Below, piece by piece: positions 11,811 through 25,102 of a DNA stretch of 52,469 nucleotides (position 1 is its first letter; the number at the start of each line of letters is the position of its first letter). This DNA comes from Octopus bimaculoides (taxonomy: Eukaryota): contig NC_068982.1 of the NCBI RefSeq assembly GCF_001194135.2, forward strand, positions 5,882,887 to 5,935,355, read 5' to 3'. The position numbers and the translations under genes are program-made. Under the pieces are notes generated by a model. That model searched no databases. It was given only the letters and a program-made list of their open reading frames with translations, and was not told the origin of the DNA.

Positions 11811-12364
11811 CTCTGAGAAAATTAAAATGTATCTTATATAGTGGCGTTTTCAAATTTCTTTTTTTATAAATATATACCTACTCGTATGCCACATACACTT
11901 TATATATATATATATATATATATACATATTTATATACAATGGTGAGTGCAGCTAACCAAAAAGTTAGCTTCGCTAACCTCTAATCTGCTAACTAAAAAAG
12001 TTAGCTTCACAAACGCTAAACAGGTAAAAAAAATTATTACAAGCTAACACTAACTGATAACCACTAACTTTTATCATATGAATTTAGCTTTAGTTTGGTT
12101 TTGGGGCCCTAAACTCCTCAAAAACAGATCTAGAGAGCTGAAATTTTCATGTTGTGGCTTAGATACAGAGCTTTCCAAAAAAGTATAGCATGCCAAGATC
12201 AGATGATGATCAAGGTGTACACAAATAATTAAATGAGCATATGAAATTAAATATTAGCTTTTCAGTCAACATGCACTTTATTTACTGTACAAAAAGTACT
12301 GAACGAATCAAAAAGGTATAGAATAGCATAGGTATCATGCCAAGATGAGATGATGATCAAGGTG

Positions 12365-13316
12365 TACTACTCTGGCTGGGCCTTCTCCATTGCCACCATG
12401 TGATTCTGGTTGCCCTTCCTAAACATGTTCTCCAGCCAGAACATGCAAAAGTTGGAGTGGAAGGTAGCAGCCAGCTGGCATTCCAGGTCTTCTAGGAGGA
12501 GTCCAAACCTTTCCGTGATGTCTGCCAGTATTGCGTCTACCAGGGGACTGCAGTACAGGAGATGTTTGAACTTGGCCTCGTTTAACTTTATAACGGTAGC
12601 CACTACAGTTGGCAGAAGGCTCCCGAGATAGGCCTGGTCCTCTCCCTGGATTTTATCCAAGGCCTTGGCAACATTAGACATCACCTGGGTATACTCTCCC
12701 AAGCAGCCAACATCAGAATCAGTGAAGGTCTGCAAGCGCCGCTATTTTTCCCCAGCAAGTTGTCGAGGACAACAGCAGAGTCTTAGGTAGAGTTCCAACT
12801 GGTACCGTTGGGGACCACCAGCCTCTTCTTCAACACATCCAGAATGCTGTCTACCACCACTGTGCTGTGGCTCTGCAGATTCCACAGCCTCTGTGCCTTG
12901 GACATGACCTTCCTCTAGGCCAACTTGAACAAAGCACTACCAAACAACCTTGTCAGCATCCACACTGGTTACCAAGTAGAAGGTATGGGCTGGGCACTTC
13001 ATGGCAGGTTGAGGTCCAGGTTGCTGGACTTGTCAAGGACGGTATCAACAGAAATGTACTCAACTTCATCCACATCTGGATCAGAAGCAGCCTCAGGAAT
13101 GTGTGACAAAAGTTCAACTTCTGTGCCAAACTACATAAATGCCTTAACAAACTTTTTGCTGTTGTCCATCATGGTCCTGATCACTTTGTCATGCAGATGG
13201 AACTTGTAATGGGTGTCCACCATGGCCTGGACGAGAATATCAAAGGTGTGATGTCCTCTGAGCTAAGAGCTGGCCTGGACAGCATGTGGGTCTTGGGGTT
13301 CAGCCAGTGTGCCGTT
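12365..13316 (-). mobile_element. hAT (Ac-like) transposase pseudogene
   Basis: TAHWLNP, GHHTFDIL, TMMDNSKKFVKAF, KCPAHTFYLV, PNGTSWNST, EYTQVMSNVAKALDKIQGE...YLGSLLPT; frameshifts and stops. Probable subterminal GCTAAC-rich repeats at ~11945-12065. Confidence 0.88.
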
Positions 13317-13666
13317 TAAATATATATGAGTGTGTGTGTGTGTGTGTGTTTGTGTCTGTGTTTGTCCTGTCCTCTATCACCACTTGACAACTGGTATTGG
13401 TGTGTTTACATCCCCATGGCTTAGTGGTTTGGCAAAAGTGATCGATAGAATAAGTACCAAGCTTTTAAAAAATAAGTACTGGGTTTAATTCGTTTAACTA
13501 AAGAGTCTTCAAAGCAGTGCCCCAGCATGGTCGTAGTCTAATGACTGAAACAAGTAAAAGATAAAAGGTAGATTATATAGCTGACATTGCACAAGGAAGG
13601 GAATCACTTCCCATTTAAAACATGCACACAGCCAAACAAAAGAAACAAGTATTTCATGGTTTAAAG

Positions 13667-14013
13667 CAGAGGTTCTCAACCATTTTTCTTTATCTCTGGA
13701 CCCCTTTGATTACTATTTTATTCTGGTGGACCCCACCATAGCCATTCAATGTTTAAAATCTAGTTTTATAGAAATTTCTTTTGAAATCCCTATTTTGTTT
13801 TCCAGACATTAACTTGTGAAGCTTGAGGCATGTAAAATATTAGAGAAGGAACGCTGTTTCTTGCAATTCATACTGATACATATATTTGAGGCAAAATTTT
13901 TTAGGGGCCCTTCAAATACTATTGTGGATCTCTGATTTACTATTTTGTTGCGTGGATCCCCCAAAATCCTATATGGACCCTCAGGCAATAGAGACCCCAG
14001 TTGAGAACCACTG
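13667..14013. mobile_element. hAT MITE
   Basis: TIRs CAGAGGTTCTCAAC / GTTGAGAACCACTG; perfect 8-bp TSD GTTTAAAG (13659-13666, 14014-14021). Confidence 0.9.
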
Positions 14014-14209
14014 GTTTAAAGTAAGATAAGGGAGTTTCTTTAATATGATAATGACTGGAGTTTGCTTGACAAAATGTCTTTTTATGGATAAAGATAAAAA
14101 TAATTAAAACTTATATGAATTTATTAATTTTATTAACAAACTTGGGCAGCATTTATAAATCTGGTTATATTGAATGCTGCACCTGCCCTTTTCTTTATAT
14201 TTTTATGAT

Positions 14210-14404
14210 AATAATGGTATTTTTTTAATATAAACTTAAAGCGATCACGGTGCAATGACTAAAGGAAATAGTCTAATAAAGGGGCATATAAGCCATCGAC
14301 AGAAAAAAGAAGGCTTATATGCCCCTTTATTGGACTATTTTTCCTTAGTCATTGCACCGTGATTGCCATAAGCTTTAAGCTTATACAAAAAAAATACCAT
14401 TATT
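14210..14404. repeat. Fold-back element (~195 bp)
   Basis: AATAATGGTATTTTTT...GGGGCATATAAGCC, 17-nt loop, GGCTTATATGCCCC...AAAAAATACCATTATT. Confidence 0.88.
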
Positions 14405-14964
14405 TACAGGATTGTAAAAACGGCACCGTATAAAAAAAACCATTCCACATTTTTATGATAGATTTACTTTACTACTGTATAGTAATACAATATTTGATGA
14501 GATAGCTTGTTGTCTGTGTTAAATGTGAGCAAAAATTTAAAAGCTGCACCTGTCCATGGAAAATGCTGTTCAAGAATAGAAATTAGGATTATGTTGTGTT
14601 TGTAATACAGATCTATGTTGTTCTATGTCACCCAGTGAGAAGTAGGTACTGAGTGATTCTGAGAAGGAGCACTCTTTCACCCCTTTTGTCATTATGTTTT
14701 TGTTGAAACACACAGCCTTTGTTTCATTCAAGTTTAGAAATAATGAAGGAATTTAGTGAAATAACCTCGGTGATTAATTAAGCTGGCGTTTCAAACATAC
14801 ATTAACATGAAATTTTGATGGAAGTTTGTCGCATTCTCAGTTGGGTTAATATCAAAACGGTTAATCTAATTGTGATCATGAAAGCTTCCAGCCTTTAGCT
14901 TCATTCATTTACATGTGTGTGTGTGTGTGTATGTGCGTATATGATCACACTCGAATGATATATA

Positions 14965-15733
14965 TCATCATCATCATCATCATCGTTTAACGTCCGCTTT
15001 CCATGCTAGCATGGGTTGGACGATTTGACTGAGGACTGGTGCAACCGGATGGCTACACCAGGCTCCAATCTAATTTGGCAGAGTTTCTACAGCTGGATGC
15101 CCTTCCTAACGCCAACCACTCAGAGAGTGTAGTGGGTCCTTTTACGTGTCACCCGCACGAAAACGGCCACGCTCGAAATGGTGTCTTTTATGTGCCACCC
15201 GCACAAGAGTCAGTCCAGGGGCACTGGCAACGATCTCGCTCGAAAACCCTACAAGGCCAGTCAGGCGGTACTGGCAACGGTCACGCTCAGGATGGTACAT
15301 CTTATGTGCCACCCGCACAAGAGCCAGTCCAGGGGCACTGGCAACGATCTCACTTGGCTTGCCATATATACCATTTGAGCGGGATCATTACCAGAACACC
15401 CTGACAGCTTCCATGCCGGTGACATGTAAAAAGCACCATTTGAGCGTGGTTGTTGCCAGTGCCGCCTCACCAGCTCCTGTACAGGTGGTACGTAAAAGGC
15501 ACCATTTGAGCATGGTCGATGCCAGTACCACCTGACTGGCCTTCGTGCTGGTAGCATGTAAAAGCACATACTACACTCTCAGAGTGGTTGGCGTTAGGAA
15601 GGGCATCCAGCTGTAGAAACTTTTGCCAGATCAGACTGCATCTTGGTGCAGCCTTCTGGCTCGCCAGAGCTCAGTCAGACCGTCCAACCCACGCCAGCAT
15701 AGAAAGCGGACGTTAAACGATGTTGATGATGAC
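14965..15733. mobile_element. Inverted pair of family C repeats (RTE-type GACGTTAAAC(GAT)n tail, internal ~58-bp subrepeats)
   Basis: Minus copy 14965-15360, plus copy ~15410-15733. Other copies: 9620-9880(+), 10425-10790(-), 19795-20330(-), 21595-21820(-), 21925-22290(+), 29505-30070(-), 38380-38790(-). Confidence 0.85.
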
Positions 15734-16508
15734 AAAACTATTGCAAAGAATATTAATTTAACAGTTAATTATACAGTATAATTAGTTAGTTAAACTGACC
15801 AATACATGTTTCTGTTGCTTCGAGTATGTGCAGTTGTGTATGCAACCCACAGTATTCTGCTATTCACCTTCATTCAAGGCCTTTCCACTAGCATGATCCA
15901 AAGTGGGTGGCATATGCAAATTACTCTAAATTAACTTAGAATTAAAAGAAAAATTCAAAGATGTACCAGTTTCCATATTCTTTGTAATAGTTTTGGATTT
16001 ACATTCCTTAAAATATTCATAATCCTACAAAGAGCAAATCCAGATTTACTCATCAGAAGAATTCCATGGGATTGCTCACCCTAAGTGATCCTTGGTGTTT
16101 CTTACTGCTTGATGTAGTTAGCCGGAACCTGGAATATACCTGAGAGCCCCTACAGTACCCACCTGAATAATTTATCCCTATATATACTCATCGTGTGTAT
16201 ATATATATATAATAAATATCAAATTATATATATATATAATGTATATATGCATACATACATGCATGCATATATGGGTACAGGATGTCACCAACGGTTCAAA
16301 CAACATGAAATATTATTTTAGAATTTATGGGAGCAACTGTCTTTGAAGACTCATATTGTCATTGAATGCTCAAAATGAGGAGTAGACAAACAGCTGACAA
16401 CTGATGAAGGGTCCTTTCTCTGTGTTTACTTGTCCTGATCTCCATTTTTTTCTCGTTGTTTACGTATTTAACTCATTTGTTTATGTATTTCGTATTGTTT
16501 GAACTGTA

Positions 16509-16589
<81 letters not shown>

Positions 16590-17254
16590 GTGTCTGTGTT
16601 TGCCCCCTCCACCATTGTTTGACAACTGATGTTGGTGTGTTTACATCCCTGTAACTTAGCAGCTTGGCAAAAGAGACCAACAGAATAAGTACTGGGCTTA
16701 CAAAGAATAAGTGCTGGAGTTGATTTGTTTGACTGCATGGCTGCAGTCAAAATGACTGAAACAAGTAAAAGAATATATAATTTTTCTAATGGCCCAGTTG
16801 ATATTTTAGATTTGTAGCAAACATAAGCTACCATAATGGGAAATAATTTTACTATCTGAAAGTCAGTGAATACAATTAAAATAACAGAACAAACTTGATA
16901 AAGTCTAATGGACAAAATAATGAAACATCAAACACTGCTGTGCAAGTTATGTTAACCAAGATATAAATATTATTAATATAAAAAAAAAAAATGAAGAGCT
17001 AATGAGCATTTCACATGATTTTCAGTTGTAGGGTATTTTTTCGCATGTTGAAATGTAATAAAACTAATCTAAAAGTCAGAATTCAGATAACGGAGGTTGC
17101 ACATGGGTAATTTAAAGGCTGGAGGTCCAGTTCATTCATAAAACTGCTAATATATTCAAAGCCTTCTGAAATAGCAACTTCCAATCTGAGAAAATGTCAG
17201 TCTTCTCAACCGGCATGGTACGCTCTTTTGCTCTGATACACCCCGGGATTGAGC

Positions 17255-18030
17255 ATCCTAGCTTTCTGCCAGAAAAGCAGAGAAGATGGACACTTCGAAA
17301 AGATGAACAAAATATATTAGAAGATTTATTTCATGATGTGAGATCAACCTTGCCTAGTTTTCCTGACTCTAATGAAGGCCCAAAGGTCCTGCCATCTGAT
17401 GTAAATGCAGCTATCAAAATGATGAGGAAAAACAAATCTACAGGACCAGATGAAATTGTCACTGAACTGATAAAAGCATTAGAAGAATATGGAATTAGAA
17501 AACTGACCAATGTAACAGAGATTATCTATGATCATGGTAAATTTCCAGAAGATCTGAGTAAATCCATCTTTATTGCACTCCCAAAGAAATCAGGAGTGGT
17601 GGAATGTGAACAACATCATACGATTAATCTCATGAGTCATGTTACAGAGATAATTGTGAGAATTTTACTTCTGCCGGTAAGAAGCAGAATAACACCTGAA
17701 ATTGGAATTGAACTGCTATGTTAATGTATGGAAATGTGGCATGGTCTATAACACGAGAAATGAGAAAGTGTTTGCAGAGCTGTGAAATGTGGCTAACATA
17801 GAATTGATGACCTGGGCAGTGGTAAATAGGGAACTGTTTCATGAGATAAGGGCCAGGCAACTGAAATTTTTTGGTTATGTGATGATGAAAGAGGACCTTG
17901 AGAATTTAGTGATGACCAAAGACTGAAGAGAAAAGAAGCGGAGGAAGGAGATGGATGATATGGATGTCAAGTTTGAGTCTTTCACTTTGGAAGAAAGCAG
18001 CATTGAACATCAGGAAGTGGACATGGCACC
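17255..18030 (+). mobile_element. RTE/BovB-like LINE relic with internal deletion
   Basis: VNAAIKMMRKNKSTGPDEIVTELIKAL...FPEDLSKSIFIALPKK...TINLMSHVTEII, then C-terminal IRARQLKFFGYVM. Confidence 0.88.
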
Positions 18031-18123
18031 TAAAGAAAGAAAATCTGAAATGACTATTTTGTAATTGAGGTGATACAATTTGCAGTAAGCTGTTTCCCAT
18101 GTTTGCAAACTGCTCACTCTCAC

Positions 18124-18129
18124 TTTATT
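18124..18129 (-). promoter_or_regulatory. Candidate poly(A) signal for the CHST15-like gene
   Basis: AATAAA on the minus strand about 500 nt after the stop; AT-rich DNA makes chance hits likely. Confidence 0.25.
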
Positions 18130-18629
18130 GAAGTAAATTAGCAAAAGAATAAATGAAAAGTATACTTAAGTTTTTATGAATGTTTATGCATAAGTGACCA
18201 ACCCAGGTGGTCATGGCAAACGATGGCAGTAAAAAGTTTGTTCGTTAAGTTTTTACAGGTGCATTGAGTGATGTGAATGAAGTTTGAAATTTACATTTTC
18301 TTTTAAAGTAACCACAAAGAATTATATTTATGTTTAACTTAAATATATTCAGAATTAAAATATACATGAATTTTCTTGAAAATGCCATGTAATAATTGAA
18401 AAATGGAAAATAAAAATTAACTGAGATGACGAAATTTACTTTTTACTTTAAAGACACATATCCTCATAGAGGAAATAAAAGTGTTTTGATAAATGTTTGG
18501 AAAGAATGGTGAGAAATATGCCAAAATCTGGCAGATGAAATGAAAAGAAACCCTTAATTTATCATTCTTTCAAATGATATGCATTTGTGCCTGGAGACTT
18601 CATAGAATCTCTTGAGTTCCTTTTCCTCT

Positions 18630-18829
18630 TCAGTCTAATGTATCATCAGACCAATAAAAAGCTGTTCTGTTTAGTAACTTTACCAATTCCTCATTATGAG
18701 GTTGATAGAATTTTTGCAATAGTGCATATGTTTCATTCATTATTGGTCCAATATTACGTGTAGCATCCTTTCGAGTGTTTGCCGGGGGAAGACTGGTCAG
18801 AGCTCGCTCTTTAACCTTATCCAGTTTCT
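18630..18829 (-). CDS. CHST15: CHST15-like terminal coding exon 7
   Basis: Poly-T + TTTGCAG acceptor; (K)KLDKVKERALTSLPPANTRKDATRNIGPIMNETYALLQKFYQPHNEELVKLLNRTAFYWSDDTLD-stop (TGA 18632-18630), cf. GPM..T...L.DFY.PFN..LA. Confidence 0.92.
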
Positions 18830-19064
18830 CTGCAAATAAAAAAAAAAAGACATTTCTTTATATAATAAATGTATTTATTTGTTTGTCTTCCAAAAAGTAA
18901 GAAACTCCTTTTACTCCAAATGTTGATGTCTACAACATTCACCTGTTGAATGTATTGATTATTTATTCATGTGGCTTTGGGTTAATCATATAATATCATG
19001 TAGCTTCAAGAATAATATAATACGATTATTTCTTTTTATAAGCTCTAAAATTCAATCCATAATT

Positions 19065-19366
19065 GCCCATGGGCATATAGCATGGGCTACTAACCCCAAG
19101 AGGTTAAGAGCGTGGGCTACTAATCCCAAGAATCTGAGTTTGATTCCAGGCAGTGACCTGAATATTAATAATTATAATAATAATAACATCGAAAAATACC
19201 TTAGGAATGAGAACCCAGGTTCAAAATTTCCCCAAGACACCTGATGAAAGCTGGTAGGTATATCAAACAAGATGAGGACAAATATCCGTCAAATATAAAT
19301 AATGTAAATAATATAAATAATATAAATAATGTACATGATTCCTCATCTCTTAAATATAGAACTGTA
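19065..19366 (+). mobile_element. tRNA-head/(AAT)n/hammerhead element, copy 1 (ribozyme deleted)
   Basis: Homologous to 43277-43602; keeps CTGATGA but lacks the GCCGAAACGTTGTGTT segment. Confidence 0.85.
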
Positions 19367-20669
19367 TTATTTATTCTTAGATTGACATTGTAGTGTAGGT
19401 GTGAAAGGTCATATCTGGCTTGTTTGAACATAAAACAGGTTGAATATTTAGGCTGAATGTGACCGGTTTTAGTGCTAAAGGGTTAAAAATGATATGGTGC
19501 CAATTCAGTTCTCAGCTTTCATCGGTTGCCGTTCTTCAACTCTTAATCGTTCTTTATTCATGAAATTTATCACACCACTCCATCTGCATTTTTCAGACAC
19601 AATGTATCTAGGATCACATTATCCTTTGTATTCTTCATATTTTAAAATGCTAGTGTTATCTGAGGGAGAGTTTACTGTTATTCCAAATAAAGGACCACAT
19701 CTGTTAGAAACAATGGTTTTACAATTAATTTATCTTTTGTTGTTTTGGGACAATCAAAAGCATATGAAAGCAGCCAAATTTGTTCTGGTTTGAGTCTCTT
19801 CATTCATCTCATCATTGTTCAACGTCTGTTTTCCATGTTGGCATGGGTTGGACGGTTCGACTGGGGTCTGGGAAGCCAGGAGGCTGCACCAGACTCCAGT
19901 CTGATCTAGCAATATTTCTACAGCTGGAATCCCTTCCTAACACCAACCACTCCGAGAGTGTAGTGGGTGGTTTTTATGTGCTACCGGCACAGGGGCCAGA
20001 GGGCCTGGCATTGACCACGTTCGGATCATGCATTCTATGTTCCACCAGTCAAGGTGGTGCTGGCATTGGCCACATTCAGATGGTGCTTTTTATGTGCCAC
20101 CAGCACAGAAGCCAGTCGGGGCGAGGGGGCTGGCATCGACCACGTTCGGATGTTGCTTTTTACGTGCCAACGACATAGGGACCACGACTACAATTTCCAT
20201 TTGATTGTGATTTGATTTTGATGTTGATGCACTTGACTCAATAGGTCTCCTCAAGCACGGTATGTCACCCTACGATCCAAGGTACTTTTTGAGTGGGCTG
20301 GTTATGTGACACTGGTGTATCATGCACAAATAATATGCACAGATAAAAGACAATTTGAGGATCAAATCCTTCACAGAATTCAATCCATTCCTGCAATGAT
20401 AACTATTTCTTCTACACGTTACCAAAATTTTCAAAATTGGAGACCAGACACTAAAAGTGATCAAATATTATATAAGACAAAAAAAGCATTGAGCTAGCAG
20501 AATCGGTCGCATGCTTGACATGATATTTACTGGTATTTGTCTGTCCTTATTTTGAGTTCAAATTCTGCTGAGGTCCACATTGCTTTTCATCCTTTCAGGG
20601 GTCGATGTAATCAACCTGCCCCCAGAATTGCTGGCTTTGTGCCAAAATTTGAAACCAATGTGATTCTTC

Positions 20670-20900
20670 TATTCTTTTACTTCTTTCAGTCATCTGACTG
20701 TGGCCATGCCGGAGCACTGCCTTTAGTCGAACAAATCGACCAAGGACTTATTCTTTGCAAGCCTGGTACTTATTCTATCGGTCTCTTTTGCCAAACTGCT
20801 AAGTTACGAGAATGCAAACACACCAACATTGATTGTCAAGCAATGGTAGGGAGACAAACACAGACACAAAGACCCACAAATATATACATACATATATATA

Positions 20901-20943
<43 letters not shown>

Positions 20944-21130
20944 ACACACACATGTATATATTATATATACAACAGGCTTCTTTTAGTTTCCATCTACCAA
21001 ATCCACTCACAAGGCTTTGGTCAGCCAGAGGCTATAGTAGAAGACACTTGCTCAAGGTGGCACTCAGTGGGACTGAACTCAGGACCATGTCGTTGGGAAG
21101 CAAGCTTCTTACCACACAGCCACGCCTATG
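20670..21130 (-). mobile_element. SINE family A, full copy (CHST15 intron 6)
   Basis: Homologous to 750-1147. Confidence 0.85.
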
Positions 21131-22663
21131 CCTGATACATATATTTTTTTCTAATTCAGAAAGCTGCTCTGCATACAATCATTTTATCTTTTCTGTGCAA
21201 ATTTACAATTCAGAAAAACAAATGGGTTTCTCAATTCCTCTTTTTTTTCTTTATTTATTTAAGTTCTTTCTAAGTTTTGTTATGTTAATTATTATGAAAA
21301 ATTTGGCTAATTCTAGGAATGCATACTACTTAATTCAAATGTGTTTTCCATTTATTTTATTATTTATTTAGTGAATTATTTCATAATGCAAATCCCATCC
21401 AGAAGTGGATTCGAGTATCTTTGTCATGATGACAGACTCCAAATTTCACAAACAGTTTCATTATACGCATATTAATGGGGACACTCAAAAGCAATCATGA
21501 CATTAGAATTCTTGACAAAGATTACTTATGTTGCAAGAGATCTTTATATAATGCTTTGGTCCAGTGTAAAAGTTGTAAACACACACACACACATCATCAT
21601 CATCATCATCATTTAATGTCCATTTTCCATGTTGGCATGGTTTCTATGGCTGGATGCCCTTCCTAACATGGGATGCTTTTTATGTGACATCAACATGGGA
21701 GATTTTTCTGTGGAGCCAGCATGGAGGCTTTTCACATGGAATAAGCATGGCTGCTTATTACATGGCACCAGCACAAGTACTTTTTATGTGATGCCAACAT
21801 GTGTGATTTTTTACATGTTTATGAATTGAATTTAGCTCAACTCAACTCACTAACAAAACTCATGAAATTTCTCGGTTCTCTAGCTGAACAATGAATAAAA
21901 ATATCTTTCATCCTTATGAAACCAAGTGAAATTGTTGTCATGGCTGATGCCAGTCTCTCACAACTGCCTTGTAAAAAGTACTCTTGAATGTTGGGTGATA
22001 TGCTGTGCTTGAGAAAGCCAATGCTTGAGAAGAGAAATTGTAATCATAGCTGATGCCAGTGCCAAGTAATTGGTACCCATGCTGGTGGCACGTAAAATGT
22101 ACCATTTGAATGTTGGGCCTCACAGAGGCAGTGATAAGTGATTGTGACCTTTGGTTTATATGTTGTGCTTGAGAAGACCAGTCAAGCCAAGTGAAATTGT
22201 AGTCATGACCAATTCTGGTGCTGTGAAACTGGTGTGTAAAAAGCACCCACTATATTCTTGGAGTGGTTGGCATAAGGAAGGACATCCAGCCATAGATACA
22301 CACTCAAAGCTATGAAAGAAATGATTTTAGATTAAAAAATTAAATGGCAATAACTTTTGTTGATCTTTTCAATCGTTTCTGGAAAATTTGTTGTCAGAAA
22401 TTTTGCTGTACAGGAAAATTCACTATAAAACAAATCCACCATTATGGACAATAATAAAGTGTGTAATATCAATTCTTTTGAAAATTAAAAATAGGAATGG
22501 TAAAAAGTTTTATAAAAGCCTTAAATAGTTAAGTCTTTATTCAATGCCAAACATTAGAAAAAAAATCATGATGTGGTTATTTAAAATGAAATTTCTTATG
22601 GTAAATTCTCCTATGGTAAAAATGTTTACTGAAAGATTTCCTATAATCGTTTTCAATACTCAC

Positions 22664-22811
22664 TTAATCCAAGGAAGCGAAAGACTTTCTTAAAGACACA
22701 TAAAACGCATCGTTTGTAATCCTCACTCCGAATGATTAAGAAATTTTTCACTGGAAATACGTTGAACCAATCCTTTAAGTAGATCCAGTATAAGCCTATA
22801 CGAAGTCTGAC
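22664..22811 (-). CDS. CHST15: CHST15-like coding exon 6 (below ORF-track cutoff)
   Basis: CTTCTTTCAG acceptor; VRLRIGLYWIYLKDWFNVFPVKNFLIIRSEDYKRCVLCVFKKVFRFLGL, cf. VRLQVGLYAVYLLDWLSVF...FLILRLED; donor GTGAGT; phase 0 to 1. Confidence 0.93.
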
Positions 22812-23289
22812 CTGAAAGAAGAAGCAAACATTTTATAATGAATGGTTTACAACATTATTATTTTTTTTTTTAGCAAGAAGTTATTCTCTGCTTGCATTTG
22901 ATAATCATATTGTCAAAAAATTAGTTTTATGCTCAAAGCAAAGTTTTGTAAGGTGGCATCAAGTTTTGGCACCAAGCCAGCACGTTCGGTGGAGTGAGAC
23001 AGACATTTATATCAACACCACAGTTCAACTGGTCCCTGTTTTGTTGATCTCAAAAGGAAGAAAGGCAAAAGTCAACCTCTGCAGAATTTGAACTCTGAGC
23101 ATAAAGATAGACAAAATGCTGCTAAGCATCCTACCCAGTGTGATAACAGTTCTGCCAGTTCACCACCAAAATATACAGGATGGGAGCAAAAGTAGGAATG
23201 CAGTTATGAAAAACAGAAAACAAAAAACAATATGCATTTATTTTTATCATAAAAATTAAAAGTTACCAAAGAAGTACTATTTTCGTTTT

Positions 23290-23497
23290 TTTTTTAATTT
23301 GTTTCAGCCATTTGACTACAGCCATGCTGGAGCACTGCCTTTAATCAAGCAAATCAACCCGAGGACTTATTCTTTGTAAGCCTAGTACTTATTCTATTGG
23401 TATCTTTTGCCGAGGTGCTAAGTTACGGGGACGTAAACACACCAGCATTGGTTGTCAAGCGATGCTAGAAGGACCAAACACAAACACACAAACATAT

Positions 23498-23535
<38 letters not shown>

Positions 23536-23697
23536 GACAGGCTTTCAGTGTCTGTCTGCCAAATCCACTCACAAGGCTTTGGTCAGCCCAAGGCTAAAGT
23601 AGAAGTCACTTGCCCAAGGTGCCACACAGTGGAACTGAACCCAGAACCATGTGGCTGGTAAGCAAGCTACTTACCACGCAGCCACTCCTGCACCTGT
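23290..23697 (-). mobile_element. SINE family A, full copy (CHST15 intron 5)
   Basis: Homologous to 750-1147. Confidence 0.85.
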
Positions 23698-23719
23698 CAT
23701 GATAAACATATTATTATGA

Positions 23720-23947
23720 TTAACCCTTTTGTTACCATATTTCTGTTGAGATGTTCTGTGTTTCTATCAATCATTTCAGATATAACAAAGAATTCAGTTA
23801 AATAACTTTGTTATCATTAAACTAGTGTTAGGAACATAAATTGTGACTAAGGTTTGGTGGAAGATTTTAATTCAAAACTTTTGAAAACAAGACATTTGTA
23901 CTCAGAGCCAGAAGCTATTTCAGACAGTTTGGTATCAAAAGGGTTAA
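23720..23947. mobile_element. piggyBac-type MITE
   Basis: TTAA-CCCTTTTGTTACC...GGTATCAAAAGGG-TTAA. Confidence 0.8.
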
Positions 23948-24350
23948 TGACACTGAAAATATCAAAAATGGGGCTAATTTTAAATTTTTTGATAATAATA
24001 AATGAATATTGAGCATGTTTTCGTTTTTTTCATAACTGTATACCTACTTTTGCAGTATTATAATTTCTTTTATCAGCTTCTGAAGAATGGAAAGTCAAAT
24101 CAAAGGTAAATTAATATACAGGAAATTTAATCAGTTGTGCAGCTTCTATTAATGCACAACACTATCAAGAAATTACTGATTTCATAAACACCAAACGCAT
24201 TCATAAGGTCACATTGTATATCAACACCTTTGTAAATGTGTGAAAGATCAGTTTAGGGGTAAGCTTAGTGTGAGCTGCCATGCAACATGGCTTTGGTTCC
24301 TGATATTGAGTGTCTAAAGATGTAAAAATGCTACTTCAGTTTTATAGTTT

Positions 24351-24525
24351 TACATTTAAGAGATGAGGAATTATGTACATCATTTACATTATTTATATTT
24401 GACGGATATTTCTCCTCATTTTGTTTGTTGTTAACACAACGTTTTGGCTGATATATTCTCCAGCCTTCATCAGGTATCTTGGAGAAATTTCGAACCTGGG
24501 TTCTCATTCCTAAGGTATTTTTCGA

Positions 24526-24566
<41 letters not shown>

Positions 24567-24642
24567 TCACTGCCTGGAATCAAACTCGGAATCTTGGGGT
24601 TAGTAGTCCGCACTCTTAACCACTACACCATATGCCTGTGGC
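24351..24642 (-). mobile_element. tRNA-head/(AAT)n/hammerhead element, copy 2
   Basis: Full-length homolog; ribozyme GAAA changed to AAAA. Confidence 0.85.
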
Positions 24643-24659
24643 ATAATAATAATAATAAT

Positions 24660-24690
<31 letters not shown>

Positions 24691-24754
24691 TAATGATAAA
24701 AGTATTAAAAATATATTAATGATATATATATATGCATGCATGCATATATGTATG

Positions 24755-24785
<31 letters not shown>

Positions 24786-24804
24786 ATATATGCATGCATG
24801 TATG

Positions 24805-24842
<38 letters not shown>

Positions 24843-24945
24843 CATGTATGCTTGTAGGTACGCATGCATGTATGTATAGCATAAAACTACATTGAGAGTG
24901 GTGTTTGTGCTTATATCATCAAGAAGAAAAATATCTGCCACTTAC

Positions 24946-25102
24946 TCCCGACAGAAGTCCTAGTTTGGAGTCATATGCACATTTCCGTAGTGTTTCGTTT
25001 TTGAAGCAGTTTTCATATAACGCAATGGTATCCACAACTCTCTCATGAAAGTTTTCCACAGATTTGTTGAACTTGCCAAAATACAAATAATCGGAGAAGA
25101 GT
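24946..25102 (-). CDS. CHST15: CHST15-like coding exon 5
   Basis: Poly-T + CCCCTAG acceptor; (R)LFSDYLYFGKFNKSVENFHERVVDTIALYENCFKNETLRKCAYDSKLGLLSG, cf. RLYSDYLYF...FHEKV...FENC...LRACVY; donor GTAAGT; phase 2 to 0. Confidence 0.93.

Noticed and set aside
15170-15360. CRISPR-like regularly spaced repeats
   Set aside because: Tandem subunits of a eukaryotic retro-repeat; no unique spacers and no cas genes.
15039-15569. 100-130 aa ORFs with internal repeats (also 10550-10786, 19780-20178)
   Set aside because: Open frames through GC-richer ~58-bp subrepeats of repeat family C; no protein homology recognised.
16100-16145. Minus-strand GIFQVPANYIKQ resembling an SH3 C-terminus
   Set aside because: Bounded by nearby stops; no other SH3 motifs or compatible exons were found.
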